The notes under the pieces: generated by a model
Databases searched by the model: none
What the model saw: only the letters and a program-made list of their open reading frames with translations
What the model was told of the DNA's origin: nothing
Assembly: GCA_964474825.1 (NCBI GenBank)
Contig: CAYYWQ010000001.1
Span: 165,609 to 229,608 of the forward strand
DNA: 64,000 nucleotides
Origin: an uncultured Candidatus Saccharibacteria bacterium
Lineage (GTDB): Bacteria; Patescibacteriota; Doudnabacteria; UBA920
Direction: 5' to 3'
Translations under genes and position numbers: made by a program
In this document: positions 38,341 through 46,500 of the stretch, one piece after another
Layout of the letters: the number at the start of each line of letters is the position of its first letter
Numbering within the stretch: the first letter of the stretch is position 1

Positions 38341-38457
38341 ATGTGCTTTAGTCCGTTCGATAATACTTGGCATTTTGTATACTTGATTGTTTGGACTGTT
38401 ATTTGGACAATCATTGGGTACGGACTTCGTAAGTCAGAAAAAGGTGGCAGCTTTTAG
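38341..38457 (+). CDS. 38-aa hydrophobic peptide, candidate type I toxin
   Basis: AGAAAGG SD; MCFSPFDNTWHFVYLIVWTVIWTIIGYGLRKSEKGGSF*; one TM helix with a charged tail; overlaps a terminator at 38438-38468. Confidence 0.6.
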   Translation: MCFSPFDNTWHFVYLIVWTVIWTIIGYGLRKSEKGGSF

Positions 38458-38487
38458 CTGTCCTTTTTAATTGCTAAGTTATTTTAT

Positions 38488-38952
38488 ATGTCCCTACATT
38501 CAAACAAAAAAGATTTTGTGTGTCCGAAATGTTCAATAATATTTATTCCTTACAAAGCTACTTTTGAATGTCCTAAGTGTGGCTATACAGGAAAGACCCC
38601 TGATGAGTATTTGGATTTTGTTGATATTTGTGCAATATCGTTAAAAAATAACAAACAAGAGTTTGGTTCATTCATTCCTCCAGTATGGTATAGTGGTTGC
38701 TACTCTGACCGAATACAAAGTGATATTTTTAAATTGTTTGCAATAGTAGAAGCACAGAAGCTTGCTGATATCAAAAGTTTTGTTGATGAAACAATGAAGG
38801 GGGCTGGTATGGATGCTGATATGCAAACACAATTAAAAAATATTTTCTTTGAAGTAAAAATTGCTTATGACAAACTACCTAAAATAAAAATAACTACTTT
38901 TTCAAAATTTAAAGATCGATTAAGAAAAAAACTTAAAACTTGGTTACCTTAG
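38488..38952 (+). CDS. Hypothetical Zn-ribbon protein
   Basis: CPKC-x-CPKC at the N-terminus. Confidence 0.7.
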   Translation: MSLHSNKKDFVCPKCSIIFIPYKATFECPKCGYTGKTPDEYLDFVDICAISLKNNKQEFGSFIPPVWYSGCYSDRIQSDIFKLFAIVEAQKLADIKSFVDETMKGAGMDADMQTQLKNIFFEVKIAYDKLPKIKITTFSKFKDRLRKKLKTWLP

Positions 38953-39006
38953 TTTTTAAAACAAACTTTAAGCATTGGCTTTTTGTGTGAGTGCCGAAAA
39001 AACAAA

Positions 39007-39348
39007 ATGGAAAAGCGAAGAGGAATATTTAGCAAAGAAGAAGCTGACTCAGCTCCTCGTAAACCCGGAGTGTATTTTATATATTCCAATAAATTTATTC
39101 ATCGAGTGATTGGAAAAAGTAAAATAGTTTATATTGGTGTGGCAAGATCAAATTTATTTAGAAGGATAGTCGGGCCTAGAGAGGCCCTGCCTAGATTTAT
39201 TAGACTTGAAAAAAATGGCCATAAGCTAACATTCAAAATAATTAAAAAATGCCGAACTAAAAGGCAAGCCAAGAGATTAGAAAAAAGAGAGTTAAAAAAA
39301 TTTGAAGAAAAACATTTAGAATTACCCTGCTTAAATCACAGTTCTTAA
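39007..39348 (+). CDS. GIY-YIG-like nuclease
   Basis: PGVYFI...IVYIG.A...L..R...E...P.LN pattern; start uncertain (38983 TTG or 39007 ATG). Confidence 0.7.
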   Translation: MEKRRGIFSKEEADSAPRKPGVYFIYSNKFIHRVIGKSKIVYIGVARSNLFRRIVGPREALPRFIRLEKNGHKLTFKIIKKCRTKRQAKRLEKRELKKFEEKHLELPCLNHSS

Positions 39349-39521
39349 AGCTAGGTAAACAGTTCCTATTTCGGCCAAAACTGACAAATTTGGCTTGTTT
39401 TAGCTACCCAGCTAGATAACTATAACCTGGCTATTTGCGTGCTATAGCGAGCCGTTTTACTGCCGAGTTTGTTAAAATGGTGTAAAATAAAAGAAGATTT
39501 GAGCATTAATTCAAATACACC

Positions 39522-40028
39522 ATGCTTCCAGAAATAACAAAAAGTGATAGTCGAAGATCCATCACTTTTAAAGAGTTTATCGAAATAGGTAATAAAAAAA
39601 ATTATAGTTCTGAAGAGGAATGGAAAAAATCTCGTGGGTTTAGTGAGGAAGGAATGAATACCGAACTATCTGGGGCATTTAAAGTCAGCGATGACGGGAC
39701 AGAATCTTGGGTTTGTAGAAACAACAACTGCCGAGAGATTCTTGTAAAAGATGTTAATGGTATGAGGGCAATGGTTAGAGCGCTGGGTAATGTTGATGTT
39801 TATGTTAAGTATGAAGAGATGGCAGCTTATTGCCCCAAGTGCCAAACGTTTAATGATTTAATGGACAATACTTATTGGACGGATGCTATGGCCGATTTTG
39901 AAAATGGGCAACAAAAACCGCTAACTACTTTATTTATTCAAGATGAGCAACGTGCAAGTGAGCAGGCTCAAATAGACAAAGTGCAAAAAAGGAGTATCGT
40001 AAAATCCTACCTACTAAAATTAAAATGA
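39522..40028 (+). CDS. Hypothetical protein with probable Zn-binding cysteines
   Basis: CRNNNC...CPKC; promoter-like TGTAAAAT upstream. Confidence 0.65.
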   Translation: MLPEITKSDSRRSITFKEFIEIGNKKNYSSEEEWKKSRGFSEEGMNTELSGAFKVSDDGTESWVCRNNNCREILVKDVNGMRAMVRALGNVDVYVKYEEMAAYCPKCQTFNDLMDNTYWTDAMADFENGQQKPLTTLFIQDEQRASEQAQIDKVQKRSIVKSYLLKLK

Positions 40029-40047
40029 GCCTTGTTGATATCCCTGC

Positions 40048-40209
40048 TTGACAATTGGTGTAGTAGTGCTAAAATAATAATGTTTTAAAATTGAACATTG
40101 CCAATGTAGCCAATTTACATTGGAAATCCGTCTGCAGGACGGTCTAAAACGGTCAGAAGCCCGTACTAACATAAGAGCAATCGCTCGTATGCTGGTACGG
40201 GCTTTTTTT
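40048..40209 (+). promoter_or_regulatory. Promoter with structured leader/terminator ahead of the replication module
   Basis: TTGACA (40048) ... TGcTAAAAT (40067-40075); hairpins CCAATGTA/TACATTGG, CCGTC/GACGG and AGCCCGTAC/GTACGGGCT, then a T-run. Confidence 0.55.
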
Positions 40210-40297
40210 ATGTCTGAAAACGACTTCAACATTAACCAGCTACCAGAAGAGCTCCAAGAATATATTGGGGTCGTGCTTAGCATAGGAGAGGAATCAA

Positions 40298-40663
40298 ATG
40301 AAGCTACTGCCGAGAAATAACTTTCTAATAATTCCAAATAGGTTAATTGAGGATTATATGAAAAAGCTTAAACCAACCGAATTTAAATTTATGATCGTGT
40401 TGCTTTATTTGTCCCAAAGGTTTTCAACTGACAAGTTTTTTTATACTGACCAACAGATTACTAAAAGATTTGGCATTAGTGCAAACTCACTAAACCGAGC
40501 CAGGATGAGGCTGGAAGAATTAGACCTTATTAAGTACCGGAGTGGATTTCGTACACAAAAATTTTCTAGAGCTACCAGATATAAAATATTTCCAAGTAAA
40601 GCTATACGAAAATTATTTAGAATTCGTAGTATCCAAAAAGAGATACTACTGAAACCTCCATAG
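40298..40663 (+). CDS. HTH protein resembling the N-terminus of phage replication initiators
   Basis: FLIIPNRLI...LKPTEFK...TDQQITKRFGISANSLNRARMRLEELDLI winged-HTH pattern. Confidence 0.65.
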   Translation: MKLLPRNNFLIIPNRLIEDYMKKLKPTEFKFMIVLLYLSQRFSTDKFFYTDQQITKRFGISANSLNRARMRLEELDLIKYRSGFRTQKFSRATRYKIFPSKAIRKLFRIRSIQKEILLKPP

Positions 40664-40755
40664 TATACCAAAAAGGGAGGTTAATTAAGAAGTAAAGTAA
40701 CTATTAAATAAGAATAATAATTAATTTAAACCCTAAAGGGTTTATATGTAACTAT

Positions 40756-41205
40756 ATGATTAATAAATCAACTGATAATAAATCTATAATATGTGATTTT
40801 AAAAAGCATCTGCTGACTATAACTGATAAGAAGCTCCACAATGTTCAGACCATAGTCCAGTTTTATTTCTGGATTAAAAAGCTGGACAAAAAGTATGAGC
40901 CATTCAAAAGACACGTTAGGGCCGCTAAGAAAATTGATGTCTGGGCTAAGTCAGATCTGGACAAGGCTTATAACCTAATAATTGACCTTGGTGTCTTTAT
41001 GGACAACAAGGGATTGGATTATACCTTGGACACCATACATCGGAATATACCTAAATACGAATCTGGAAGCCTGGATAACGACGAGGTGCAAGAGCTTAAG
41101 GATGCTTTAGAGTTTGAACGTAAGCGCACTGAGCAACGGCTGGCTGAGTTCAGAAAAGAGCAGGAGGAGGAAAATAAGAAAAAAGGTAAACGGAAGAAAA
41201 AATAA
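40756..41205 (+). CDS. Hypothetical protein of the element
   Basis: 149-aa ORF co-oriented with the rep-like gene and the recombinase. Confidence 0.65.
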   Translation: MINKSTDNKSIICDFKKHLLTITDKKLHNVQTIVQFYFWIKKLDKKYEPFKRHVRAAKKIDVWAKSDLDKAYNLIIDLGVFMDNKGLDYTLDTIHRNIPKYESGSLDNDEVQELKDALEFERKRTEQRLAEFRKEQEEENKKKGKRKKK

Positions 41206-41220
41206 TTAATTACAACAACC

Positions 41221-41466
41221 ATGACTAAAAACAATAAACCTACAATAAAGAATTCTTCAAAAAAAGCACCAGCTGTTCATATACAAGATCTTGAATCCTT
41301 GGGTTCTAGTTTAAAAAAAGGGGGTAAAGAGCCGATGATGATAAGGGTGGGTAATGTTAAATATGACCTTGGTGTGAGTTACATAATGGTTGAAGATCAG
41401 TGGCTAGAAGAAGATATATTGGATTTGATTAGCAAATTCAAAAAACGGTACGGTAATGGCAAATAG
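41221..41466 (+). CDS. Hypothetical protein (possible recombination directionality factor)
   Basis: 81-aa ORF upstream of the recombinase; function inferred from position only. Confidence 0.5.
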   Translation: MTKNNKPTIKNSSKKAPAVHIQDLESLGSSLKKGGKEPMMIRVGNVKYDLGVSYIMVEDQWLEEDILDLISKFKKRYGNGK

Positions 41467-41688
41467 CCTGTAAGCTTGGGGAGGCACTTAAAGTTAGTAC
41501 CTCCCCAAGACGGCTATACATCTCATTTTTTAAGCTAGGTCGTTAATAATCAAATCAATCAATCAATCCAGCTAGGCATTTGAAAACCGTCGAATGTCGA
41601 CCTTTCCTTAGACTTTAGGCCTTTGTATCTTATAATCAAAATAACATAACTTTACATAACATAACCAATGTAAAATCACCATAAAAAT

Positions 41689-43158
41689 ATGGCCAACAGC
41701 AATATAATAAAGCCTAATAATAAATTTCTTGCCTATGTCAGGGTTAGCAGTAAAGACCAGTCCCGTGGCACCAGCCTTGATGAGCAAAAAGCCCGTATCA
41801 TGCAATATGCCCATGACAAGGGGTTTGAAATTATAAAATTTTACGGTGAGGTTGAATCGGCTTCAAAAGCAGGCAGAGAGATTTTTCAAGATATGACAGA
41901 GCAGTTAAAAAAAGAAAAATTGGCTGGCATTATATTTCACAAAGTAGACAGGTCATCTCGTAACCCAAAAGATTCAGCCGAACTCTACCAGCTTATGATG
42001 GAAGGGTATCAGTTGCACTTTGCAGACGGTGGATACTCAACCAATGACCCTACAGGCCGAACTATGATTTATATTATGTGGGGCATAGCCAGTAGCTACA
42101 GTGAAAATTTGGCAGCAGAAATTAATAAGGGAATTTTAGGAAGATTAAAACAAGGGCGTTATCCTGGACCTGTTCCTTTGGGTTACAAAAAAGCAGAGGA
42201 CTGTAAAGCCGTACTGGATCCACAGAAAGCCCCACTGGTCAAAAGAATGTTTCAGGAATATGCCACAGGCAAGTATTCCATAGAAACTATGAAAAAAATA
42301 ACAAAAGAGTTTGGCCTGACAAATAGAAATGGTTGCTACTTGGGTATTAATCCGATTCACGGAATGTTAAGGGAAACTTTTTACTATGGCCTTATTACTC
42401 ACAAGCGAGGTACGTTTCAGGGAGAGCACCCACCTTTAATTACCAAAGCTTTATTTGATAAGGTTCAGTTTATGCTACACGACAGGGGCTTTAAAATTGA
42501 GCACCACCACAAATATATATTTCAAGGGCTGATGAAGTGTTATGTATGTGGCAAAATACTTAAAGCTATGACTGCAAAAAGGAATCATCGTTACTACCTG
42601 TGCAGGAATAGGTCTTGTGGAATTAAAACTATTTCGGAAAAAGTAGTTGAGGATCAATTTGTTGAGAAGCTAAAAGAATTGGAATTCAGCCCCGAAGAAG
42701 CCGAAGGGTTTAAAAAAGCCGTCCTAAGTTTTAGAAGGACAGCAGAACGGTCAAAGGACGAACAAATTAAAGCCTTGGACCTGGAGCTATCAGCGATTGA
42801 TTCAAGGCTAAGTGAATTATTGCAGAAGTATATTGATAAAAGGATTGACGATGAAACCTACAGCAAGACCAGAGAAGCCTTGTTAAACAGGCAAATAGAG
42901 CACAAAGAAGCCCGTACAGCACTGGAAACAACAGATGAAAAGGCCTTTGACGAAATAACCGAGTTGGTCAAACTGCTAATAAACCCAAGCATAGCCTATA
43001 GAAAAAGCACTGATCCAATAAATCAGCGCCGTCTCGTAATGTCTATGGTGGCAAACCTTGAGCTAAACGGTAAAGTACTTATAGTTAAGTGGAAAAAACA
43101 CTTTGATTTGATCGCTAGACGACCAAAACTAAATTATGGTGGAGATGCCGGGAGTTAA
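41689..43158 (+). CDS. Large serine recombinase (integrase)
   Basis: AYVRVSS catalytic motif, ESAS...R, KVDRSSRN, PLGY, Zn ribbon (CYVC...C...C) and coiled coil; the 3' end runs antisense into the tmRNA. Confidence 0.95.
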   Translation: MANSNIIKPNNKFLAYVRVSSKDQSRGTSLDEQKARIMQYAHDKGFEIIKFYGEVESASKAGREIFQDMTEQLKKEKLAGIIFHKVDRSSRNPKDSAELYQLMMEGYQLHFADGGYSTNDPTGRTMIYIMWGIASSYSENLAAEINKGILGRLKQGRYPGPVPLGYKKAEDCKAVLDPQKAPLVKRMFQEYATGKYSIETMKKITKEFGLTNRNGCYLGINPIHGMLRETFYYGLITHKRGTFQGEHPPLITKALFDKVQFMLHDRGFKIEHHHKYIFQGLMKCYVCGKILKAMTAKRNHRYYLCRNRSCGIKTISEKVVEDQFVEKLKELEFSPEEAEGFKKAVLSFRRTAERSKDEQIKALDLELSAIDSRLSELLQKYIDKRIDDETYSKTREALLNRQIEHKEARTALETTDEKAFDEITELVKLLINPSIAYRKSTDPINQRRLVMSMVANLELNGKVLIVKWKKHFDLIARRPKLNYGGDAGS

Positions 43159-43527
43159 ACCCGGGTCCAAAACTTCTCAACTTTTCCATTGTTCACAAGA
43201 TTAGTCAGCTCATAAACTTTAACGACAGGAGCTGACCAGATATCGCCAAAGGTGATTTACTTAGCTTAGGCTAACCTGCGCAAATCAACCAGGTTAACTG
43301 CAGCCCCAATAAACTTGCTGGACCGTGGTCGGGGCGGACCGCGGGGCAAGGCATTAACTTAAAATTAAGCTAATACAGGTTGTAACTGGGCGTTTTGAAA
43401 CGCGGCTACTACCTTGTTCCAAGCTGTTGTAGCATTTGGATTTGATTACGGCATTTTTACGAGTGAGTAATCATTCTCGTCTTGCATATAGAAAAATGTT
43501 AAAGTCCTGTCAAAATCCGTCATCCCC
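43137..43527 (-). ncRNA. ssrA: tmRNA
   Basis: 5' GGGGATGACGGATTTTGACAGG; 3' GGACCCGGGTTTAACTCCCGGCATCTCCACCA; tag frame 43433-43365 reads ATTAWNKVVAAFQNAQLQPVLA*; smpB nearby. Confidence 0.95.
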
Positions 43528-43715
43528 AGTATGACAACCTTGCAATTGTTCGCTGTCTTACAGACTAAACCATTACAAAGTATTTTCCTAAGGGTGCCCA
43601 CAAATAGAGCGTTTTGCATAACCTACAGCTCACAAAGGAGGTTTGCAAGGTTGCTCTACTGGGCATCCCCACAGGAAGACTATTTTACCACAAAAATGCG
43701 TTGTGGACAAGTGCT

Positions 43716-43743
43716 TTGACACTAATTTTGAGAATGTTATAAT
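43716..43743 (+). promoter_or_regulatory. Consensus sigma70 promoter
   Basis: TTGACA-16 nt-TATAAT with an extended -10 TG. Confidence 0.8.
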
Positions 43744-43747
43744 AATA

Positions 43748-43854
43748 GTGCTTTGCGCAGGTGCACGGAGACAAACGTGGGTGAGAGTCCCGCCCCGAGA
43801 AAGCAACGCGTAAAGCGCCAATCTTATTTTTAGACCTTTTATGGGTCTTTTTTT
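43748..43854 (+). ncRNA. Unidentified structured small RNA with a T-arm-like hairpin
   Basis: 11-bp closing stem 43748-43758/43808-43818; GTGGG-TGAGAGT-CCCGC hairpin; terminator 43832-43854. Confidence 0.6.
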
Positions 43855-44023
43855 GTTTAGTTTATTTTCCTGTATAATTAATTCACAACAGGGAGAATCT
43901 GGAAGAAAGGAGGCTGTATGCTGACCACTGGGTCAGCCCTTGTAATATGGATTCGCATGGAGGCTTGGGGGTTTATTTAGCTCCCGCATACTTGCGAAAA
44001 CCAGCCAATGGCTACTGACAATT

Positions 44024-44467
44024 GTGTTGCCGTTCGGCTTGTCGTCGGCCGCAGCAGTTATCGTATCAAAATTCACTCACGACTGGACAAACGAGTTTGT
44101 CGTGGCTTTAGTGGAGTTGATAGCGGAAAATGGCGTGTTCTATCCGACCGTTTTGCTGTTCGGCAGGTTTTTGCCCAAAAAAGAAAAAGAAAGTAAAGGG
44201 CAGGAACCATTCGCGCAAATGGCAGCCGTTGAAACACTGGATTCTATTTTGAGATTGGCTTTGTTCTTGGCCTGCTCCTGGTTTCCGGCTCAGAAAGATG
44301 TTTTAACCGGAGTAGGAAGTCTGGCTTTGGACATTGTCTTCCTCATTGCTAACGGCAGGAGTCATCAGCTGTTAGAAATTGTTCGGCGGGGCAGGGGAGT
44401 TCTCCAGCAGTATTACTCCGTACTCTTCGACAACTCAATACTGAGACTGGGGTTAGCCATATCCTAG
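44024..44467 (+). CDS. Hypothetical membrane protein (start uncertain)
   Basis: Hydrophobic ORF followed by the terminator GCGGCCTA...TAGGCCGCTTTTTT. Confidence 0.45.
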   Translation: MLPFGLSSAAAVIVSKFTHDWTNEFVVALVELIAENGVFYPTVLLFGRFLPKKEKESKGQEPFAQMAAVETLDSILRLALFLACSWFPAQKDVLTGVGSLALDIVFLIANGRSHQLLEIVRRGRGVLQQYYSVLFDNSILRLGLAIS

Positions 44468-44531
44468 TTTCGTGCCTGCTTTGCTTTTGCGGCCTAGATG
44501 TTTAGGCCGCTTTTTTTATCCACAAATTCGC

Positions 44532-44578
44532 TTGACAGGGAGTTTTTTTAAGAGTAATATTTAGATGTCTATCTAAAT
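44532..44578 (+). promoter_or_regulatory. Promoter and probable ArsR-type operator
   Basis: TTGACA at 44532; ATTTAGAT-GTCT-ATCTAAAT IR at 44559-44578. Confidence 0.65.
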
Positions 44579-44627
44579 GTCTAAATACAGCACTAAATTT
44601 AAAACTCTTCATTCTAAATTATAATCC

Positions 44628-44897
44628 ATGTCTTTATCACAAACTTTCCAGGCGCTTTCTGAGCCTAACCGTCAGAAAATTCTGGACCTATTAAAAAAAG
44701 AAGAACTTTCGGTTTCGGAAATTTTGCAAGATTTAAAAATAACCATGCCAACGCTGTCACATCATTTAGACATTTTAAAGCGTGCGAACCTTATTTCGAG
44801 CCGCCGTGACGGCCAGCAAATTATTTATTCTTTAAACCTAAGTGTGTTTGAAGAAATTACAGAGCAAATAGTAAAATTTTTGTCACTTAAAAAGTGA
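44628..44897 (+). CDS. ArsR/SdpR-family repressor
   Basis: FQALSEPNRQKIL...TLSHHLDILK...RDGQQIIYSLN. Confidence 0.9.
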   Translation: MSLSQTFQALSEPNRQKILDLLKKEELSVSEILQDLKITMPTLSHHLDILKRANLISSRRDGQQIIYSLNLSVFEEITEQIVKFLSLKK

Positions 44898-44939
44898 TCT
44901 CTACTAAATACTAAATCTTAAATCATTAATCTTAAATCT

Positions 44940-45623
44940 ATGCTCTATCCAATTAAAATGTCATTTAAAACCGAAGTTTTGCCGGCTGCTATGTTAATTG
45001 CCGCCTGGATTTTTGGCTTTTATTTTTACGCGCATTTTCCGGACCAAGTGGCTACTCACTGGAATTTTGCCGGAGACGCGGACAAATATGGAAGCAAGGC
45101 CAGTGGCGCATTTGCAATACCCGGGGTAATCACAGGGATTTACTTTCTATTTTTAGTCCTGCCATTTCTGGACCCAAAAAAAGAACGTTACGCGGAGTTC
45201 GCGGGCATTTACCATTTTTTTAAAGCGGCCATTATGTTTGTGTTGTTCGGTACCTTTATTGCCGCAAGCTTGGCCAATTTGGGTTATGCAGTCCGCATTA
45301 ATGTGGTTGTACCGCTATTAATTGGCGTGTTGTTTGTTGCTATGGGCAATTTTATGGCCAAAATAAAATCCAACTGGTTTGTTGGAATTAAGACTCCGTG
45401 GACTTTGTCTAGCGAAAATGTTTGGACCAAGACGAATCGTTTTGGCGGCTTTGCCATGGTCGTGTTTGGCCTAATGCTAATTGTAAGCCCGCTGCTTCCC
45501 AAAGTTTGGAGCATGATTTTCCTTTTTACGGGCGTTGCCGTGGTAAGCGTGGGCAGTTTTATCTATTCTTATGTGGCTTATAAAAAAGAAAGAAGGGCTG
45601 TCGAGAAATTAATAGTAAAGTAG
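44940..45623 (+). CDS. SdpI-family immunity membrane protein (DUF1648 + SdpI)
   Basis: VATHWNFAG.AD and GNFMAKIKSNWFVGIKTPWTLSSE.VW motifs. Confidence 0.88.
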   Translation: MLYPIKMSFKTEVLPAAMLIAAWIFGFYFYAHFPDQVATHWNFAGDADKYGSKASGAFAIPGVITGIYFLFLVLPFLDPKKERYAEFAGIYHFFKAAIMFVLFGTFIAASLANLGYAVRINVVVPLLIGVLFVAMGNFMAKIKSNWFVGIKTPWTLSSENVWTKTNRFGGFAMVVFGLMLIVSPLLPKVWSMIFLFTGVAVVSVGSFIYSYVAYKKERRAVEKLIVK

Positions 45624-45624
45624 A

Positions 45625-46320
45625 TTATTTAGAAACCACGAGCGCGACTTTTCTGTTTTCTTCCATGCTTTTGGTAAGGTTGTTCCAATCGGCCGCGGCT
45701 TTTTTTAGGGTTTCAAAACTGTATTCGTTTCTGTTGCCGCCATTTGTGCCAGGGTCATTTATTATAAAAGTGCTTCCTTTAAAACCCCGAATAACTACCA
45801 TGTGGTAAGTGGGCCCGCCGTTAATATACTGCTGGGTGCCCAAAAATTTGGCGTTAAGGGGGAGCAAAATAGGGTGCTTGTCCGCAAGTTCTCTTTTTAG
45901 GTCTTCTTCTGTAAAATTATTTATTTGTTTTATTTTCAGGCCAAAAGCTCCTTCGGCCATTTTAGTGGTGGCGCCAACTCCGGTGTCGGTGTTATAGCCT
46001 AAATTTTCCTGCTCCCATTTTTTTAGGTTGTTAATAGCTTCCTGGGCAGCGCTTGCCGGCAACTTGTCCAGTGTATTGCCGGTTAAAAAGGCGTTAGCCA
46101 TGGTTACGCTGGTTTCTTCACAGTCTTCGTTCCTGTCCCAGTTGTTGTTAGGGGCCTGGGTGCTAAACGGGATGGGTAAAATGGTTGTTTCCGGAAGGGA
46201 CATGGGCACTACAACCCTAAAAAGAAAAAGTCCGGCCGCGGCAAGAATAATAAATACCACTCCGGCGGAAACCATGTCTAATTTTGGGTGTTCAATTTTA
46301 AATCCAAATATTTTAAACAT
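45625..46320 (-). CDS. Membrane-anchored C39-like cysteine peptidase
   Basis: PFSTQAP...CEETS, YHMVVIRG and INDPG motifs. Confidence 0.8.
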   Translation of the reverse strand: MFKIFGFKIEHPKLDMVSAGVVFIILAAAGLFLFRVVVPMSLPETTILPIPFSTQAPNNNWDRNEDCEETSVTMANAFLTGNTLDKLPASAAQEAINNLKKWEQENLGYNTDTGVGATTKMAEGAFGLKIKQINNFTEEDLKRELADKHPILLPLNAKFLGTQQYINGGPTYHMVVIRGFKGSTFIINDPGTNGGNRNEYSFETLKKAAADWNNLTKSMEENRKVALVVSK

Positions 46321-46434
46321 AGGTTTTTTATTTTGTAATATTTATTTTACGAGCTAAGAAGTTAAAAGGGGTTCAGCCCATGTATTTTATTATAGCAAAA
46401 ATAAAGGCCCTTGCTCTAGAGCAAGGGCCGAGTA

Positions 46435-46500
46435 TTATACGCTGGCTGTAGGAGCCGGTGTACCAGTAGGAGGTGTAGAAGGTTTTGTATCGTCAAACAT
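46435..46500 (-). CDS. 21-aa Pro/Thr-rich micropeptide
   Basis: GAAAGGAAG SD; MFDDTKPSTPPTGTPAPTASV*; followed by the hairpin GGCCCTTGCTC-TA-GAGCAAGGGCC. Confidence 0.45.
   Translation of the reverse strand: MFDDTKPSTPPTGTPAPTASV

Larger units (their letters stand above)
32338..43144. mobile_element. Integrative element in the tmRNA 3' end (serine recombinase, defence cargo)
   Basis: TGGTGGAG direct repeats at 32338-32345 and 43137-43144, the second being the tmRNA CCA end; terminal recombinase; AT-rich cargo. Confidence 0.8.

Noticed and set aside
32338-43144. Prophage or conjugative element
   Set aside because: No structural, terminase, lysis, relaxase or T4SS genes.
43748-43820. SRP RNA or tRNA
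   Set aside because: CAGG...AGCA is present but without the short GNRA-capped helix of SRP; there are no D or anticodon arms for a tRNA.
43918-44023. Programmed frameshift linking the AGGAGG-ATG at 43918 to the 44024 ORF
   Set aside because: The upstream frame stops after 20 codons and no clear slippery site is present; decay or an alternative start is equally likely.
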